From Eledone cirrhosa (lineage: Eukaryota), in NCBI GenBank assembly GCA_964016885.1, contig OZ024747.1, forward strand, positions 41,168,001 to 41,232,000: a stretch of 64,000 bases of DNA, read 5' to 3'. The notes below the pieces were generated by a model. The model was not told where the DNA came from. It saw only the letters and a list, made by a program, of their open reading frames with translations, and searched no databases. This document shows, piece by piece, positions 13,838 through 28,815 of the stretch (within the stretch, counting starts at the first letter, position 1; each line of letters begins with the position of its first letter). A program made the position numbers and the translations under genes.

Positions 13838-14025
13838 AATAATTGTTTCTACTTTTGGCACAAGGCCAGCAATTATCCCAGTGCATTACTGGTACTTTAT
13901 TTTATCGACCCCGTAAGGATGAAAGGCAAAGTTAACCTCTGCGGGATTTGAACTCAGTCCGTAAAGGGACGTAACTGTGCTGCAAAGCATGGCGTCCGAC
14001 CCTCTACCGATACTGCCAATCCACC
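13838..14025 (-). mobile_element. SINE family 1
   Basis: Near-full homolog of 1832-2025. Confidence 0.85.
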
Positions 14026-15404
14026 TTTTGTATAAGAGTATGAAGTATTGGTGGTAATCGCATGTATGAACTCTTAACTCCTGATTTAGTTGTAGGGGCG
14101 CTCTAGTAACTAAAGCTGTCAAAACTCATCCATTTCCAGGTCTGAATACAGCCGATTTCTTCTAGAGAAGGAGAGAGAGGTGGGGAAAAGGAAGTGAGAA
14201 AGATATATATTGATGATATTGAGAGGTTGGGGAAAGGGGAAATTAGAAAGATATATAGTGGAAGAATCGGTCCTAGTACTAGACTAGTAATTTTTATCGA
14301 CCTTGAAAGGATGAAAAGCAGATTTAACCTCTACATTCTTTCCGAAGTTTTAAGGACTCCGCCTTGCACTATATGTATAAAGTACATAATATTTATAAAT
14401 GGAATGCATAAACAGAAAGTAACGTTAATACACTTATCACTTGGTGTTGTTTAGCCCCAGGTCAGCTGTACTGATTGAGATGACCTTTGTCTATCATAAC
14501 GATTGACAAATTTATTTTTCTTCTGTTATTTTATAAGAAGAGGCGTGTATATTGCTTTTCTCTAAATACCTTATTGAATGCTTTCAATTTTTATATCTCT
14601 ACTATATGGCTTTACTTGTTTAACATTAATACCTCCTTAGTATTACCATCTGTTTTTCATTGCAATTTATGACTTTCGTTTACTCTGTCAAAGAAATCTA
14701 CATTTACTAGACTTTTCTGTGACTTCGATTTAAAATTACGTCCGTCGTTACATTAGCCTCTTATTTACTATAGAGAAGATTTACATTCTACAATTTAATA
14801 CTTGTCATTTTATCACTAGCTTTTATTTCATTGTTTCTCCGTTAGTGCACCCTATTTTTCAAACTTTTCATCAGATTTCCTCATCTACAGTATATTTCCG
14901 TGTATTTGTCTATTATAACATGAGCATATCATTGTCATTCCCTTTACTGTATTGTATTAGGATAATAGTGACTTTTTTCATTTAAACTATCTATTGAACA
15001 ACTGCACGTTTTTTAAAATACATTTTACAGTTGCTGTAAGCTGCACTTGATTGATTGATTAATTAATTTACTGCTTGTTTGATTGTGCCAGTAACTTTGG
15101 GAAGAACCCTGTTAGATAATAGCAGAAATGATAGTGTTAATCTATTTATGTAGTTTTAATCTATTTATGGGGGGGTGAATTGCATACCACGAGTTCAATA
15201 AATATATAAATTTCTTCGGGGGTGAATGGCGCACCACGAGTTCAGTAAATTTATAACTTTTCCCTTCAAAACGAAAAAATATTTTTCTTTCATACCAAGA
15301 CTTTCATGTGTTTATTGTATATAAATATATCATATATGTCTTCATATGCACCCATATTATGAACAGCACTGTCTTAATGCTAGTGCCAATTAAATATAAT
15401 GAAA

Positions 15405-15720
15405 GTTTAGGGAAAATACTTCAGAATATCTTTGAAAAATTTTGTATGAAATTTTAGAAAATTTTGCTGAAATATTTGGGAGGTTTTGGACATTTTTATG
15501 AAACTTCTGGAAAGTATTTTGATAAAATTTTTGGAAACATTCTCGATAAAATTTTTTATAGGTTCTTCGAGGAATATGTTTGGTAAAATATTGGGAAAAT
15601 TGTTGGTGAAATATTGTGGAACATGTTTAATGGAATTTTGTGGGAAAAGGTTTTTGCGAAATGTTCGTTGGAATTTTGTTATGAAGGCTATGACGAATTT
15701 TTTATGGAATTCACTATCAA
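15405..15720. repeat. Degenerate AT-rich low-complexity tandem tract
   Basis: Recurrent gaaaatttt/ggaaat motifs at a short period. Confidence 0.4.
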
Positions 15721-15889
15721 TGAAACCAATCATCTCAAACTGCCGATGGTAAATACATAGGTAAATGTCTTCGTATATGGATATACATATATTACAAATT
15801 GAGATGACAGATAAGAGTTATTAAACCACTTAATACTTTACAATTGTTTTAACCTATTCTTCATTATAATACATTGCCAGGATAAACAT

Positions 15890-16164
15890 CTCTTCATAGC
15901 CCTTCACCACCGGTTGTTGATGAGGGCTCCTACCAATATAACAATACTTATATGGGCATGGACAAAAAGAATGCATTTAAATGTAAATACGGCACATTTC
16001 CCTTTTTATCATAAACCACTGTGGCTGTTCTGTTTGTTGAAGCACGTATGCACAATATCCACCCTACACACAAACAGCACTTATTTTAAACTCAACTTTC
16101 CTACAAATGAATAGCATTTGGCGGAAGCCCTTGTCAACAACCGGTGGCGAAGTGCTATAAAGAG
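15890..16164. mobile_element. MITE-like element with ~48-bp imperfect inverted termini
   Basis: ctcttcatagcccttcaccaccggttgttgatgagggct versus agcccttgtcaacaaccggtggcgaagtgctataaagag. Confidence 0.55.
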
Positions 16165-18608
16165 GGCGAATACTGTATCAGAAAATCGATAAGATTTAGC
16201 AAAGAAGTAACAACAGAGGAAATAGATTTGTGAATGAACTCTTCAGCAAATTAGAAGAAAAGATTAGGAAAAGCATCAATGTTCTAGAGAGCGAGAGGTA
16301 CAGTCTTGTACTTTCTTCTATGCGAAGCATGTAGGCTGCATTGTCAGGGCTATGATGCGTGTTCTGAGACGCCAAGAAACAAAAGCCGTTCGATGGATCC
16401 GGATGACAGAAGTGAGAGGTAGCAAGGTAGTCACAATTTGTGGCTATTGGTTATTCATAAAATGATAACACGCACAAGGAATGTATATTCTTGAAAATGT
16501 AAAAGGATCTCGCCTATTATAATAAGGCAATCACAAGTCCAAAACAATATTTTCTTTTTACTGTTCTACACTTAAACATGGTGCCATTTGATTAAATGAA
16601 TTGATAAAATGACCTTAATTTAAATGTTTCATAAATAATATGGCAGAATATACTCTCCTGTGTAAACTTTAATACATTACTGAAACGTCTTTTATGCATT
16701 TCAAAATATAATCTAACCCAGAAGCGTTGGATCCCAAAGTGCACTTGAAATGCAGAACTGTGGCTCTTCATTATTTCGACAGATAATTAATAGTTAAAGC
16801 TATGAAGGAAAAGAAAAAGTACTTTGTTTTACAACCTACCAGAGATGAGTTTACATTTCATTGCTTTGAAGTCTATAAAGTATGTACGAATTCTGTATTG
16901 AAACGCCTCCTGCAAATTTATGATCTTTTCCTGGCGTGAGAAATTCTTATTAGTAACGGAATGTATCTTATTAATATTTGTATTCTTCGGTGGAAACAAG
17001 AAAGCAAGAACTCTTCAACTAAAACGTGTCCTCAACTTCGTATTCATTTACTCCTGGAAATAATTGACATCACTTACACCTTTAATGTTCCTGAAAAATA
17101 CATAAATGTCACACTATCACGATTTCTACCCCCTTAAATTTGTGAATATGTGATTAACTAAGAAGAAACTATAATTATAAGAAGCTCTGTAAACTCCTGT
17201 CCAATGAAGTAAATTTGTTTTCGTAATGTTTCGTGTCTGTTTCATTCAAGTGTTCACAGATAAATACAACTATAATATCCTACAATAATTACTCGCACAA
17301 AAGAAAAATTCCTAATATTTCCTTACAACCGTGCACTGATAAAAGCTTTACTTTGTTCAACTCTTTAATACTTAAAATGTTCTGTATTAGATAATATTCC
17401 GATTTACCCTTTCGTTAGTAATTCAAATTAACTAACATAATTGTCCAAGTGGGTTGAAATATGGCCATATGTAGATTACCTCTTCTAAGAGATGTATCCC
17501 TGATTTATTTTGATTAGATTGTTTGTAGGCATTTATTGATTAATGTATTTTTATCTAGATAGTTTTCTAACACTGCTACTTTCTGTTGAAGATTATTCAT
17601 GAGACAGCAAATTGACAGAGTTGTTGGGGCGTCGAATTAATTGCTTTAGTATTTGACCCGGCTCACTGCGCTCTGAGTTCGATATCAACTTTGCTATTCA
17701 TTCTTTAGAGGTCAAGAAAATAAAGTACCAAACTAGCTGGGGGACATGGGTTGATGAACACTATGAATATTGATAATTCTTTAGTTTAAACTAATATTCA
17801 CGATAATGATACCGCTACCTCTGTAATGAATCCTACTGAAATATAGGGAAAATACAGCAATCCTCTCCTCAGTACTTATATTAGATAAACTGAAGTAAGT
17901 CACCTCTCTAATGCTCTGTTTAGTCGTTACTATGTATAACCCGACATTGAAAAGGGCTAACATGGTTTTAAGGCTGTGATTAAACCACTCATGCATTAAT
18001 TATTTGCCAAAGATAATTGTCTGTGTGCATGGGTGTGTGTGTGTGTGAGAGAGAGAGAGCAACAGAAAAATAGGGGGAAGGAGAGAGTGAGGGAGAGTGC
18101 ATACCAAGGAAAAAGTACTCAATGTATTAATGTATTTAGTTTTGCATAAAGTATCTAATTCTTATAATGCGCACTGCCAACCATTATGGTGGTTAAATTT
18201 GACAATTAAATAGGAATCAAAATTCGTTATAAACCAGAAAGCATATGAATTAATTATATATAATCATAAAGTTGCAACGTTATTGTAATTTAATTGTAAC
18301 ATAAATGTCCTCGCCGATTAACTAACTACCAAGTCTGTAGCGACTCTAAATAGAAAACAAGTTGCTCGACATACAAGCAATACTGTGTCAACAAAAATAT
18401 CACTCGTGTTACACATTTAAAAAGTGAAGACTCCATTCCTGGAAAGCAAAGACGTGATTGTTATGGCTGGAATACCTTTAGATAGAGGTTTGCCCTATCG
18501 GGTCTGAATTACAGACCTGCCAACCTCCGAAAACCCAAACGGGGAGTACCATGAAAAACAGTGCTCCAAAACGAGGAAAAAATTAGGCAAAATGGGGAGA
18601 TTTTACAT

Positions 18609-18788
18609 ATAATTGTTTCTAGTTTTGGCACAAGGCCAGCAATTACCCAGTACATTACTGGTACTTTATTTCATCGACCCCGTAAGGATGAAAGGCAAAG
18701 TTAACCTCGGCGGGATTTGAAGTCAGATCATAAAGGGACGTAACACTATGCTTCAAAGCATGGTGTCCGTCTCTCTACCGATACTGAT
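18609..18788 (-). mobile_element. SINE family 1
   Basis: Homolog of 1832-2025. Confidence 0.85.
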
Positions 18789-19090
18789 GAAAGCTATACC
18801 CATTTTCAAAAGAGAAGACATCACTCATCCACCCCAAAGTGGGTGGGAGATCCCCCCGTCGGACAGGGAGAGTTGACTGGGCTGTAATTAGTGATATATA
18901 ACTACAGTAACAACCAAACTTTGCCTTACCAGTTGATTTATTCAAGATATTTATACATATTGTCTTACAGAGGTAAGGTGAATTTTTGACATCACTGATA
19001 CTGAATACCATTCAACTAGAATATTGAGAACTTTCTAACCCGCAAAGTAAGTTTAAGCAGATAAATGTATAAAGCATAAATATCGTCTAG

Positions 19091-19245
<155 letters not shown>

Positions 19246-19279
19246 AAGTAAACGGATAAAAACACGCGCAAACGAAACT

Positions 19280-19960
19280 GTACAAGTAAAAGCTACAGCA
19301 ATGTGGAAGGCATACATAATATAAAAGAGTATTGGTGGAATGTTCCAGTAAAAAGCTCAATAAAATGCAGGCATAATAGACCGGATATAATGATATGGGA
19401 CAGGGAAAAGAAGGCATGCACAGTAGTGGAAGTCAGCTGCCCAGCAGATGCCAATATAATATCAAAGATTAGCGAAAAGGAGAATATTTATGCAGAACTG
19501 ATGAGAAATCTGCATATACTCTACCCTAACTATGCCTTCAGATTTATACCTGTTATTATTGGGGCACTGGAATATGTTAGTAACTGCCTCTGTGCAAATG
19601 TTGAGAAGCTAGGCTCCACAGAAACAGAAAGAACATGATTAGTTAGGAAATTACAAGTACAATCCATTAATGGAACAGCAAAAATATGTAAAACATTCCA
19701 AAAATCCTGCATCTAATAACTGCATATACACATGTACAGATACAAAGCATATGCACATGCACACATACAACTCAAAACATCCACATCCACACATTCAATA
19801 ACATCCGTACCTGCACACACATCCATGCATGCAGACATGCATACATATCTACCTAGTTGATGTTGTGTAAATTCCAATGAGAGAGTCTTGTGACTATGTT
19901 AGAAAGCGAATCTCTCTCTCTATTGGCAAAAATTTGTGAAATTATAAAACCAGAAGAAAA
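19280..19960 (+). mobile_element. R4/Dong-like LINE 3' fragment (REL endonuclease + 3' UTR) ending at (TACA)n
   Basis: HNRPDIMIWD..VEVSCP..EK..Y..PVIIGAL. The 3' UTR is shared with ~22445-22668. Confidence 0.85.
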
Positions 19961-20034
19961 TACATACATACATACATACATACATACATACATACATACA
20001 TACATACATACATACATACATACATACATACATT

Positions 20035-20460
20035 TAATGTTGATCGTCTTAGGGATAATAGGGATAAGAGGACATTGTGTGAAGAAATTAATGTTGCAGA
20101 TACTGATGAAGATTGGCCGACCATTAAAAAGTCGGTTTATGATGTAGGCAGGCGTGTTCTGGGATTGGTACAAAGAAAGCATCAAGACTGGTTTAAAGAA
20201 AATGATGAACATATAGATGAATTGTTGGCTAATAAGAGGCGTGCTCTGTCACGCTACTTGGAAGCAAAGCCACAGGAGAAGAATATGTTGCATAAGGAAC
20301 TCAAGGATATCAAATCACGTGTGAGCCTGAGGATTTCTCAGATGAAGGATATGTGGTGGAGTAAGAATACTGATGAGATACAAGCTGCATTAGATTCCAA
20401 CAACATAAAGCTGTTGTACAGTCTCTTGCGTGAAGTTTATGGGCCGTCTTCTTCTCTGGT
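20035..20460 (+). mobile_element. RTE/BovB-like LINE internal fragment
   Basis: VLG..RKHQDWF.END..I...WW....EIQ...D.NN...Y..L.EVYGP, typical of the RTE EN-RT linker. Confidence 0.7.
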
Positions 20461-20472
20461 GACATACATACA

Positions 20473-20777
20473 TGGTGGCTGCCAACTCGTTTTCGAGTAC
20501 GGCCACTACTTTATATCCATGTAGGAGAACCCCTACCGATGCGCTAAACAAGTGTGATTTTTAGTCCAGCCAGCGACTTGAAAACTCTGGTACAAACACT
20601 ACACTTGTGACAATTATTGACACATAGTGCTGGGCCCATGGTACCATGTGACAACAACTGCAGAGAGATATCCAGATATAAAGCAATGCCTGTGCCGTGA
20701 AGCTTTTATAGTGAGCAAAGGCACTGCACAAAGCCAGTCCCACTCTCTTAACCAAGATGATATTTACCAAAAAGAAT
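20473..20777 (+). mobile_element. Short non-coding insert bounded by (TACA)n on both sides
   Basis: Preceded by catacatacat and ends ccaaaaagaa-(TACA)n, like the neighbouring LINE 3' ends. Confidence 0.4.
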
Positions 20778-20850
20778 ACATACATACATACATACATACA
20801 TACATACATACATACATACATACATACATACATACATACATACATACATA

Positions 20851-22668
20851 ATTGGCTCACAGGAGGACAGAAATACGAACCTAAACCATAATTTCTTTGA
20901 GGACGATCTGAAGCTCTATGCCAAGAACATGGATGGGATGAAGAAAAATCTTGACCTAGTTACAACGTTCTCAAAGGATATAGGAATGGAGTTTGGCCAA
21001 GATAAATGCTCATACATGACTGTAAAGCGGGAAAAAACAACAACCCAATCTAACAACATTGTCATCAATGGCCTAACTGTTTCTCCGATATCTGATGAGG
21101 ACTGCTACAGATATCTGGGGATAGATGAGAACATATCCTATAATGGTATCTGTAATAAAGAGCGCGTAACCAGGGAATACTACACCCGATTAAGAAAGAT
21201 CTGGTCATCGGAACTCTCCGCGCAAAACAAAACAGTGGCTCACAATGTGTTTGCTGTGCCTGTCCTAACACCAACGTTTGGAATACTCAATTGGACGATA
21301 GACGAAATCAAAGCAGTTGATGTTGGAACTCGAAAAATACTAAACAACACCGAAAACTTCCACATCAACAGTGACATAGACCGCCTTTACTTGAAACGTT
21401 AGCAGGGAGGCAGAGGCCTAACATCAGTCCAGACAGCATTTGAATGTCGCATCCTATCTCTCCGACAACATCTACGAACCTCGAAGCGTAGGAGCCCGTT
21501 TCTCGAGCAAGTCTATTTGCATGAAACAGATAAGATCATGAGAGTTGGGAAGGAACTCCTCGAGAGATATTCTCTGTGTGATAATCAAAATCTCACACCC
21601 AGGGAAGTCGCTCAGTAGTATCGCAGTGAATTCATGGATGAAAAACTGCATGCTTATCAGCAAAAAATCATGCATGGATATGTTGCCAGGAAGCTCCAGA
21701 GTGAGAGTAATATAGATAAGGAAAGTAGTCTATCTTGGACCAACAACCGCTATATTGGCTCCCACTTTGAAGGATACGTTTTTGCAATCCAAGAACAGGA
21801 GATTAACACGAAATACCTGATTCACAAAAGAGATAGGGATGCAGGCAAAACACCTAGATGTGATAACAAGTGCATATTCTGCAGAACTAACATCGGGGAT
21901 ATCACCCATGTCATCAGCAGCTGTCCAAAGATGTCATCGCGGTACTATCTACCTATGAGGCGTGATGTAGTGGCCAAAACACTGTACAATGCAGTTCATA
22001 AAAAAGATAGCCCCGATAATAAACACATTAAAAGCTACAGCAATGTGGAAGACATACATGTACATAATATGAAAGAGTACTGGTGTCCAGTAAAAACCCC
22101 AATAAAATGCAGGCATAACAGACCAGATATTATGATATGGCACAGGGAGAAGAAAACATGGACAGTAGTGGAAGTCAGCTGCCCAGCAGATGCCAATATA
22201 ATATCAAAGATTAGCGAAAAGGAGAATATTTATGCAGAACTGATAAGAAATCTGCAGATACTCCACCCTGATTACACCTTCAGATTTATGCTTGTGATTA
22301 TTGGGGCAGTAACTGCCTCAATACAAATCTTGAGAAGCTAGGCTTCACAGGAACAGAAAGAACACAACTAGTTAGGAAATTACAAGTACAATCCATTAAT
22401 GGAACAGTAAAAATATGTAAAACATTCTAAACATTTTGCATCTAATAACTGCATATACACATGTACAGATGCAAAGCATATACACATGCACACATACAAC
22501 TCAAAACATACACATCCACACATACAATAACATCGATATCTACATATGCATGCATAATCTACCTAGTTGATATTGTGTAAATTCCAATGAGAGAGTCTTG
22601 TATCTATGTTAAAAACCGACTCTCTCTTTTGGGGGAAAAAAATTTGTGAAATTATAAAACCAGAAGAA
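20851..22668 (+). mobile_element. 5'-truncated R4/Dong-like LINE (RT C-terminus, CCHC, REL), with stop codons
   Basis: DDLKLY, YRYLGI, DIDRLY, IQEQEI, CIFC..HVISSC and RPDI. Flanked by (TACA)n at both ends. Confidence 0.9.
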
Positions 22669-22680
22669 CATACATACATA

Positions 22681-23538
22681 TTGACCAATTTACAGAAAAA
22701 GTTGTGCATGGATACTTCAGACGTAAAACACAGACCATAGAGGGGATAAAACACTCAAAAAGCCTGGCATGGAGTTCCGACAAGTTTATGACATCACACC
22801 TTGAGGGATATCTCTATGCAATGCAGGAACAATAACTCTCTACCAAATATCTGCTGCACAAAAGGGGAGGGCCATAAGCTGACAATAAATGTAGGCTATG
22901 TAAAACAAAGATCGAGGATGTAAGCCACATTGTTGCCAGCTGCGAAAGAATGTCATCTCGCTACTACCTCCCCATGAGACACGATGGGATAGCTAGAACC
23001 ATCTGGAGCGCACTTCGGAAAACAAAATTAACAAACGAGGAAGAATATATTGAGACAGATAGCACTAAGGAATACTGGTGGAACCTGAAAATAAAAACTG
23101 CCACCAAATTAAAGCACAACCGGCCTGATATTGTTGTTTGGGACCACACATTGAAAACGTGTTCTGTTGTGGAGATCAGCTGCCCACTTGATGTAAACGT
23201 TGTCAGAAAAATACAGGAGAAGGAGGACATCTACGGACTATTGATGAGGAGCTTACAAATCCAGTATCCAAGATACACCTTTAGCTTCATACCCATCATT
23301 ATTGGCGCTACGGGTTATATACCAACCCGCTTGAACCAAAGTATGACTGAACTTGGATTTGCGGACAAAGAGCGCAGCTCCCTAATTCATAGTCTACAAA
23401 TGGCTGCGATAGCTGGCACCTTCAAAATTTGCAAAACATTCTTGCGATTCAAGGGATGACAATTTCTTTTCTTTTACAACCTTGCCACCAGGAAGGTGGC
23501 CGGTCAAAAAAATATACTCGAAATTAAGAGAAAGAGAT
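22681..23538 (+). mobile_element. 5'-truncated R4/Dong-like LINE of a second family
   Basis: CRLC..H...C, RHD, NRPDIVVWD and VEISCP. Followed by tacatacata. Confidence 0.85.
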
Positions 23539-24185
23539 AACATACATAAATATGTACTAAGATTAATCACTTAAAATATACGATCCCAATTTTATAGAGG
23601 ATACGATGCCTATTCATTGCTGTATGAAATAAATTTATCAACTTTGAATAATTCTCTCTGCTCAATTTTCAACAACAAGGAAAAAAACTAGTGAATATAT
23701 CAGCATCAGGAAGCGTCAGACGACCTATCTCCTTATCACACAAACGTAACTTGCTTATTAAACAATTCATGAGATTTACATAGTGAAAAACAAACAAAAC
23801 TTTGTAGAAAATTATATATTCAGGCCATGATAAAGAGAGCTACAGAATAACATGAAACAATGCTTTTATTTGTTTCTGTGTTTATTTTTCCTACTGGTTG
23901 ATAAATCATCGTGACTATGCAAGCTATACAAAATGTTTAAAAGCGGCTTATACGATATGGGGTTCGATTTTCTCATTAAGGCAATAATACACAGGAATAG
24001 CGCACACAGTAAGAAGAATATTACAAATAGATACAAAGATGTTAAAGTCAGCAAGATGGAGATGAACACAGCGATCTGTAATAATATACCGGAGTTTATA
24101 TATATAATGTATAGGTTCCGAATTTGTGATGGGGGTAACCACAGTTACTCCACTAAGTATACACCTTTCCCTATATCTAATAAGA

Positions 24186-24292
<107 letters not shown>

Positions 24293-24348
24293 ATCCCGTT
24301 AAGGGTGAAAGCAGCGATTCTTTGCTTAAACTTTAATCTGTTATTTTA

Positions 24349-24381
<33 letters not shown>

Positions 24382-26498
24382 ATATATATATACACACACA
24401 TACATACATACATACAAACATACATAGTAACAATTTCTGACATAGGATTGAAACATGAAATCATTTACAGTAGAGAAAATCGAATGTTCTAAGATGAGAT
24501 TCAAGAGTGTTAGTTATGTAAGAAAAGTTTTTAAAAAATATAAAGAAATGAGAAAAATTCACCAAAATTGCAATTGCAATTCGCTTGCAATTTCTCTCGT
24601 CGGGAAAAGTAACTTTTCAGCATTCGAATAAGTGTATATCATAGAACATAAATAATTATGAGATATAAATTATCATTCAGAATAAATTCTACGTCTAAGA
24701 AAGGTAACGGAAATATTTTTACTAAAAATATCGAGGTTGGCTTTTTTTTTTCTTTTCTTTTTTTTTTTCTTTTTGGGTTTCATTGAATTTGAAACTGTCG
24801 GAGGAAAAATAATGATTCAATGTAAACGCCAGACACATACAGCTGCGTTCTGGTTTCTTTGTATTCAATACTTTCGTGTTTATACTAAGAAGGCTTTATT
24901 AGCTTTCTTCCTTCATAACTTCAATTGAATGTCATAAAATATGAAATACGTTTGTAGAAGATGAAGAAAATGTCATTATTATACAGTGAGAATCTAATAA
25001 AAGCATGTTTATTTATTTCACTGCATTTCATTTATTTTTTATTTTTTAAACATTAGTTCACTATGAAGATATAACTGAACAATTATGTGTGTGTGTGAAT
25101 GTACGTGTGTGTGTGTGTGTGAGCGGACGCATGTATGCATATGAGTGTATGTGTATGCATGTGTGTGTATGTGTGTGTATATGTGTTTGTGTGTGTGTCT
25201 GTACGAATATAACGTTGTTTGTTTTGTTTTTTCGATCATAGAAAACCAAAAAACTACATACACAATAAATCTATGTAATTCTAAATACTATGTGATGTTA
25301 TTTGTCTTTGTTTAAATGTCTGAATACACTTTTTCTGTCAAAATTTTACTTCTGATATTCTTTCCCTTGCATTATATTTTTATTTCCTACTTCCGTTATT
25401 TCATTCGACGACTATGAATCCGTTCAGTTTTTAACATTTTTCCTCTATATGATTGCCTCAAAGTAACTAACTACAGCTCCAATAATGGTGCTGTAAATAA
25501 CCAGCAAACTACCCAAGGCACATGACAGTTGCACCGGTTCTCAACACTATGTCACGGAATAAATTCAATGGCTGCAAAAATAATATTTCAAATTAAATAG
25601 TTCTGGAACAAATAAATTCCATTGTTCCTGATCTCAAAAATCGTAGGGAAAAATTAAAATAACATTTGATTGTTGTTTTTTTTTTATAAATATCGCATTT
25701 TATATTTGTTTGCCTATTCGGTTTTAATATAATTTTTATGAATAATATTTTGAAATATGCCAAAGGATTAAGAGAAATATTTAAAATATAAATTACATGA
25801 AATGGCGTAAGAGATAAGATTAAGATAAATTAGAAATTTGTTTTGTCTTTGAATTACTTTGAGCCGAGAAAATTAATTTTACTGGGAAGACAAAGGTGAC
25901 CGTTGTAGCTACATTAATAGAATAATCCAACTATTGAGGCATGATATCGAAAATGAAACAAAAAGATAACAAATTCAATTTCAATGTTTTCGTTCTGAAA
26001 ATGTTATGAAATTAACTAAATAAAAAGCTGAATTTTAAGATTCGAAATTATGTTGATATTTAAGAAAATGATAGCTTGCAGCATTTAGTTACATCTCTGC
26101 ATGTTCTGATTTCAAAACCTATCGGAATTTACTGTGTTTCATTCTCGGTTTAAAATATGTTGTGTTTTTGTTTTTGTTGTTTTTTTTTGTTTTTTGTTCG
26201 GATGTAAAAAAAATAACTGATATATAATAAAACGGACGCGATGGCATTTCAAGTTAGGGCCTCGGTTTCAATAAAATATAGAATCAAATAATTATTAGTA
26301 AAGAAAACAATAGAAAAATATAGATTGTTAGATAAGCAAATCATCACATTATATATGCGGGATTTATTAACAGTTCCAATACTGAGACAAACGTAAACTA
26401 AATCCACATAAATCACATTGTGTGTGATTCACAAAGACAAGGCTGCGGTATGGTTCCTTAATCATTCACATCGCAGGATTTTGAAAATATATATATAT

Positions 26499-26691
26499 AT
26501 AATTGTTTCTACTTTTGGCACAAGGCCAGCATTTATACCAGTGTATTACTGGTACTTTATTTTATCAACCCCGTAAGGATGAAAGGCAAAGTTAGCCTCG
26601 GCAGGATTTGAACTCAGATCATAAAGGGCCGTAACTCTTTGCTGCAAAGCATGGCGTCCGACCCTCTACCGATACTGCCAATCCACCGCCC
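26499..26691 (-). mobile_element. SINE family 1, full length
   Basis: Minus-strand head agggcggtggattggcagtatcgg and B-box gagttcaaatcc. Confidence 0.9.
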
Positions 26692-26719
26692 TATATATAT
26701 AATATAACATTAGTAGATA

Positions 26720-27690
26720 CTTGAGCCTGCGCATATAGAAACATCAATTTTGATTGAACGTTACGGGTAATTCCAGTGGGTTGCAATGTAACTAACTTCT
26801 TCGCGGTACATGGGTAGCAGTATTCATCCTGATTCATGTGTTTGTGCTGTCTTTAATATTACACGTGATGTTACAGTTAGTGTCTGTTTATCTTTAAACC
26901 ATCATGTGTAGTTAGACAAGTTAGCGGCTGCTCTTACATATATGTTTCTGAAGGCGTAGGTGTCTAGATAAAATTTCGAGTTGAAACCGTTCTCTGTTAA
27001 ACTCTGGTACGATTTCGGTATGTTATTTTTGGTGAATACAACAGATAGTGTAAAGCATGGATTTTAAGCGAACAATTTTATGTGTTGTTGCAGTTTTTTG
27101 CTTGGAGAGAATTGGAGTTCATAATGCATTCGGCATTCAAGTTTGCTAAATGAGGTGTAACGTTAGATGTACAGCAGTAACTTGGTTTAACACGTTGTCT
27201 CTGTCAAAAGATTTATGGTATTTGTGACTGAGAAGAAATTATTTTGTATTAAGTTGAAAAACTTGCATGCGAGGCTTGTCCCGACATTGATACTAAAATG
27301 AGGAAACAAACAGCAGTTTATGTTTACATTGTTTGAGAGGAGATAGGCTACATGCAGTGTATGTTAGGTGTTGAATTTTGTCATTGAAACTGTTTAACTT
27401 CAGCACGTCTTGTTATACTGACACCTCATCTGAAGATATGCTAGAAAAGCATATGTTGGTGTTTTAACTATGTTTTTAAGGATGGAAGTGAATCATTGCA
27501 GTTTTGTTAATGTCGTCAGAATTTTTTCTGAAGTAAGGTAATTATTGCTGTCTAAGTTTAAGGAAATTCCTGTGTTTGTACGTATCGTGATTTTAAGATC
27601 AATAGATCGATAAGATTTTTTCTGAAATTCTCTATTTGGCCACCGTTTATATTTAGTTACTACAGGTTATACTGCAAGTTATTGAATGGA
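26720..27690 (-). pseudogene. Decayed Penelope-like RT thumb/GIY-YIG region
   Basis: Hand translation of the minus strand gives fragments FSSISSDE, PHFSINVGTSLACKFFNLI, HKYHKSFDRD and PCTAKK/CREE-like, resembling the Penelope C-terminus. Confidence 0.55.
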
Positions 27691-28764
27691 TATATTGTGT
27701 GTAATGTGTTTAATAATATTAAACACATTATATTATTATATTAATAATATATGTAGGTGTATGCTTTCACAAATCTCTGTCAAGTCTTTGCAACGTATCG
27801 GCTCGTATAAGTAAGGTTATATATTTTATCCATGGAGTTCTGTCAAAGGGAAATTATCAACTAACGTAGATTATGATCTCGATTACCTGGTTGAAATAAT
27901 AGTCGATCACTCAAAATAATAGTTGAGAAAATCGGGTTAATATGTTTACTCAAGGTTTTGTATAAAACAAATGAAAATTCATAAAATGATACAACTTATA
28001 CATGTTTCTCATTTATTTATAATTAGTCTTTATTGTCTATTTTTATATTCTGTTTACTGGTTTATTTCTTTACTTATTTCTGTTTGCAGATGTCGATAGT
28101 GAGTCAAGTATTCTATGAAGAGGCCGATCGTATAATATTTTTGGGGATCCCTGGCTTAGCAATATTCTGCGAGAAACTAAAATTAAACCGAAAGTCATGC
28201 TGAAGAAACAAACATCCATCATTTTACAAAACGTGTAATAGTAATGGATTTAGGAAGTAATATGAGTCTTGCTGCAATGTCATAAGCTACAATATATTCC
28301 AGCACTGATGTATTGTGCATAAACAAGAATTTAATATCGAATTGTATCTATAAGGTTTTACTCATTCCATAGATATATTGTGAATCTCATTGGTTGCTTT
28401 ATATCGGCAAAATATAGGCTATTGTAACAAAAGAAATATTCTATTGTTTCAGAGACTTACGTTTGAAAGCATTTTCTTTTGACATACAAACATAAAATGC
28501 GTTTCAAATATTTATAAGGGAACAAGGTATTTCACTTATAAAGTCATAATGTAGAGTGGCTGGTTAAGATTTTTTTAGAAATGCAATAAAAGCAACATGG
28601 TTTGTTTTATGATTGTACAGCAAAGGATTACGAGCAAAACTTTCTTTAGGCTCAACAGATTCCCATTAGGATTCATACTTTCATTGCTGCATCTTAGACA
28701 CTTTTCGCACTAATTCACTTTGAAATAATGGACGTCTCATTGCACAAATACAAATACAAAACCA

Positions 28765-28815
<51 letters not shown>

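Noticed and set aside
15172-15256. Short ~40-bp direct duplication (gggggtgaat..caccacgagttca)
   Set aside because: Only two copies with no further structure, likely a local duplication.
26640-26691. tRNA genes
   Set aside because: The A/B-box sequences are SINE heads and no full cloverleaf was seen.
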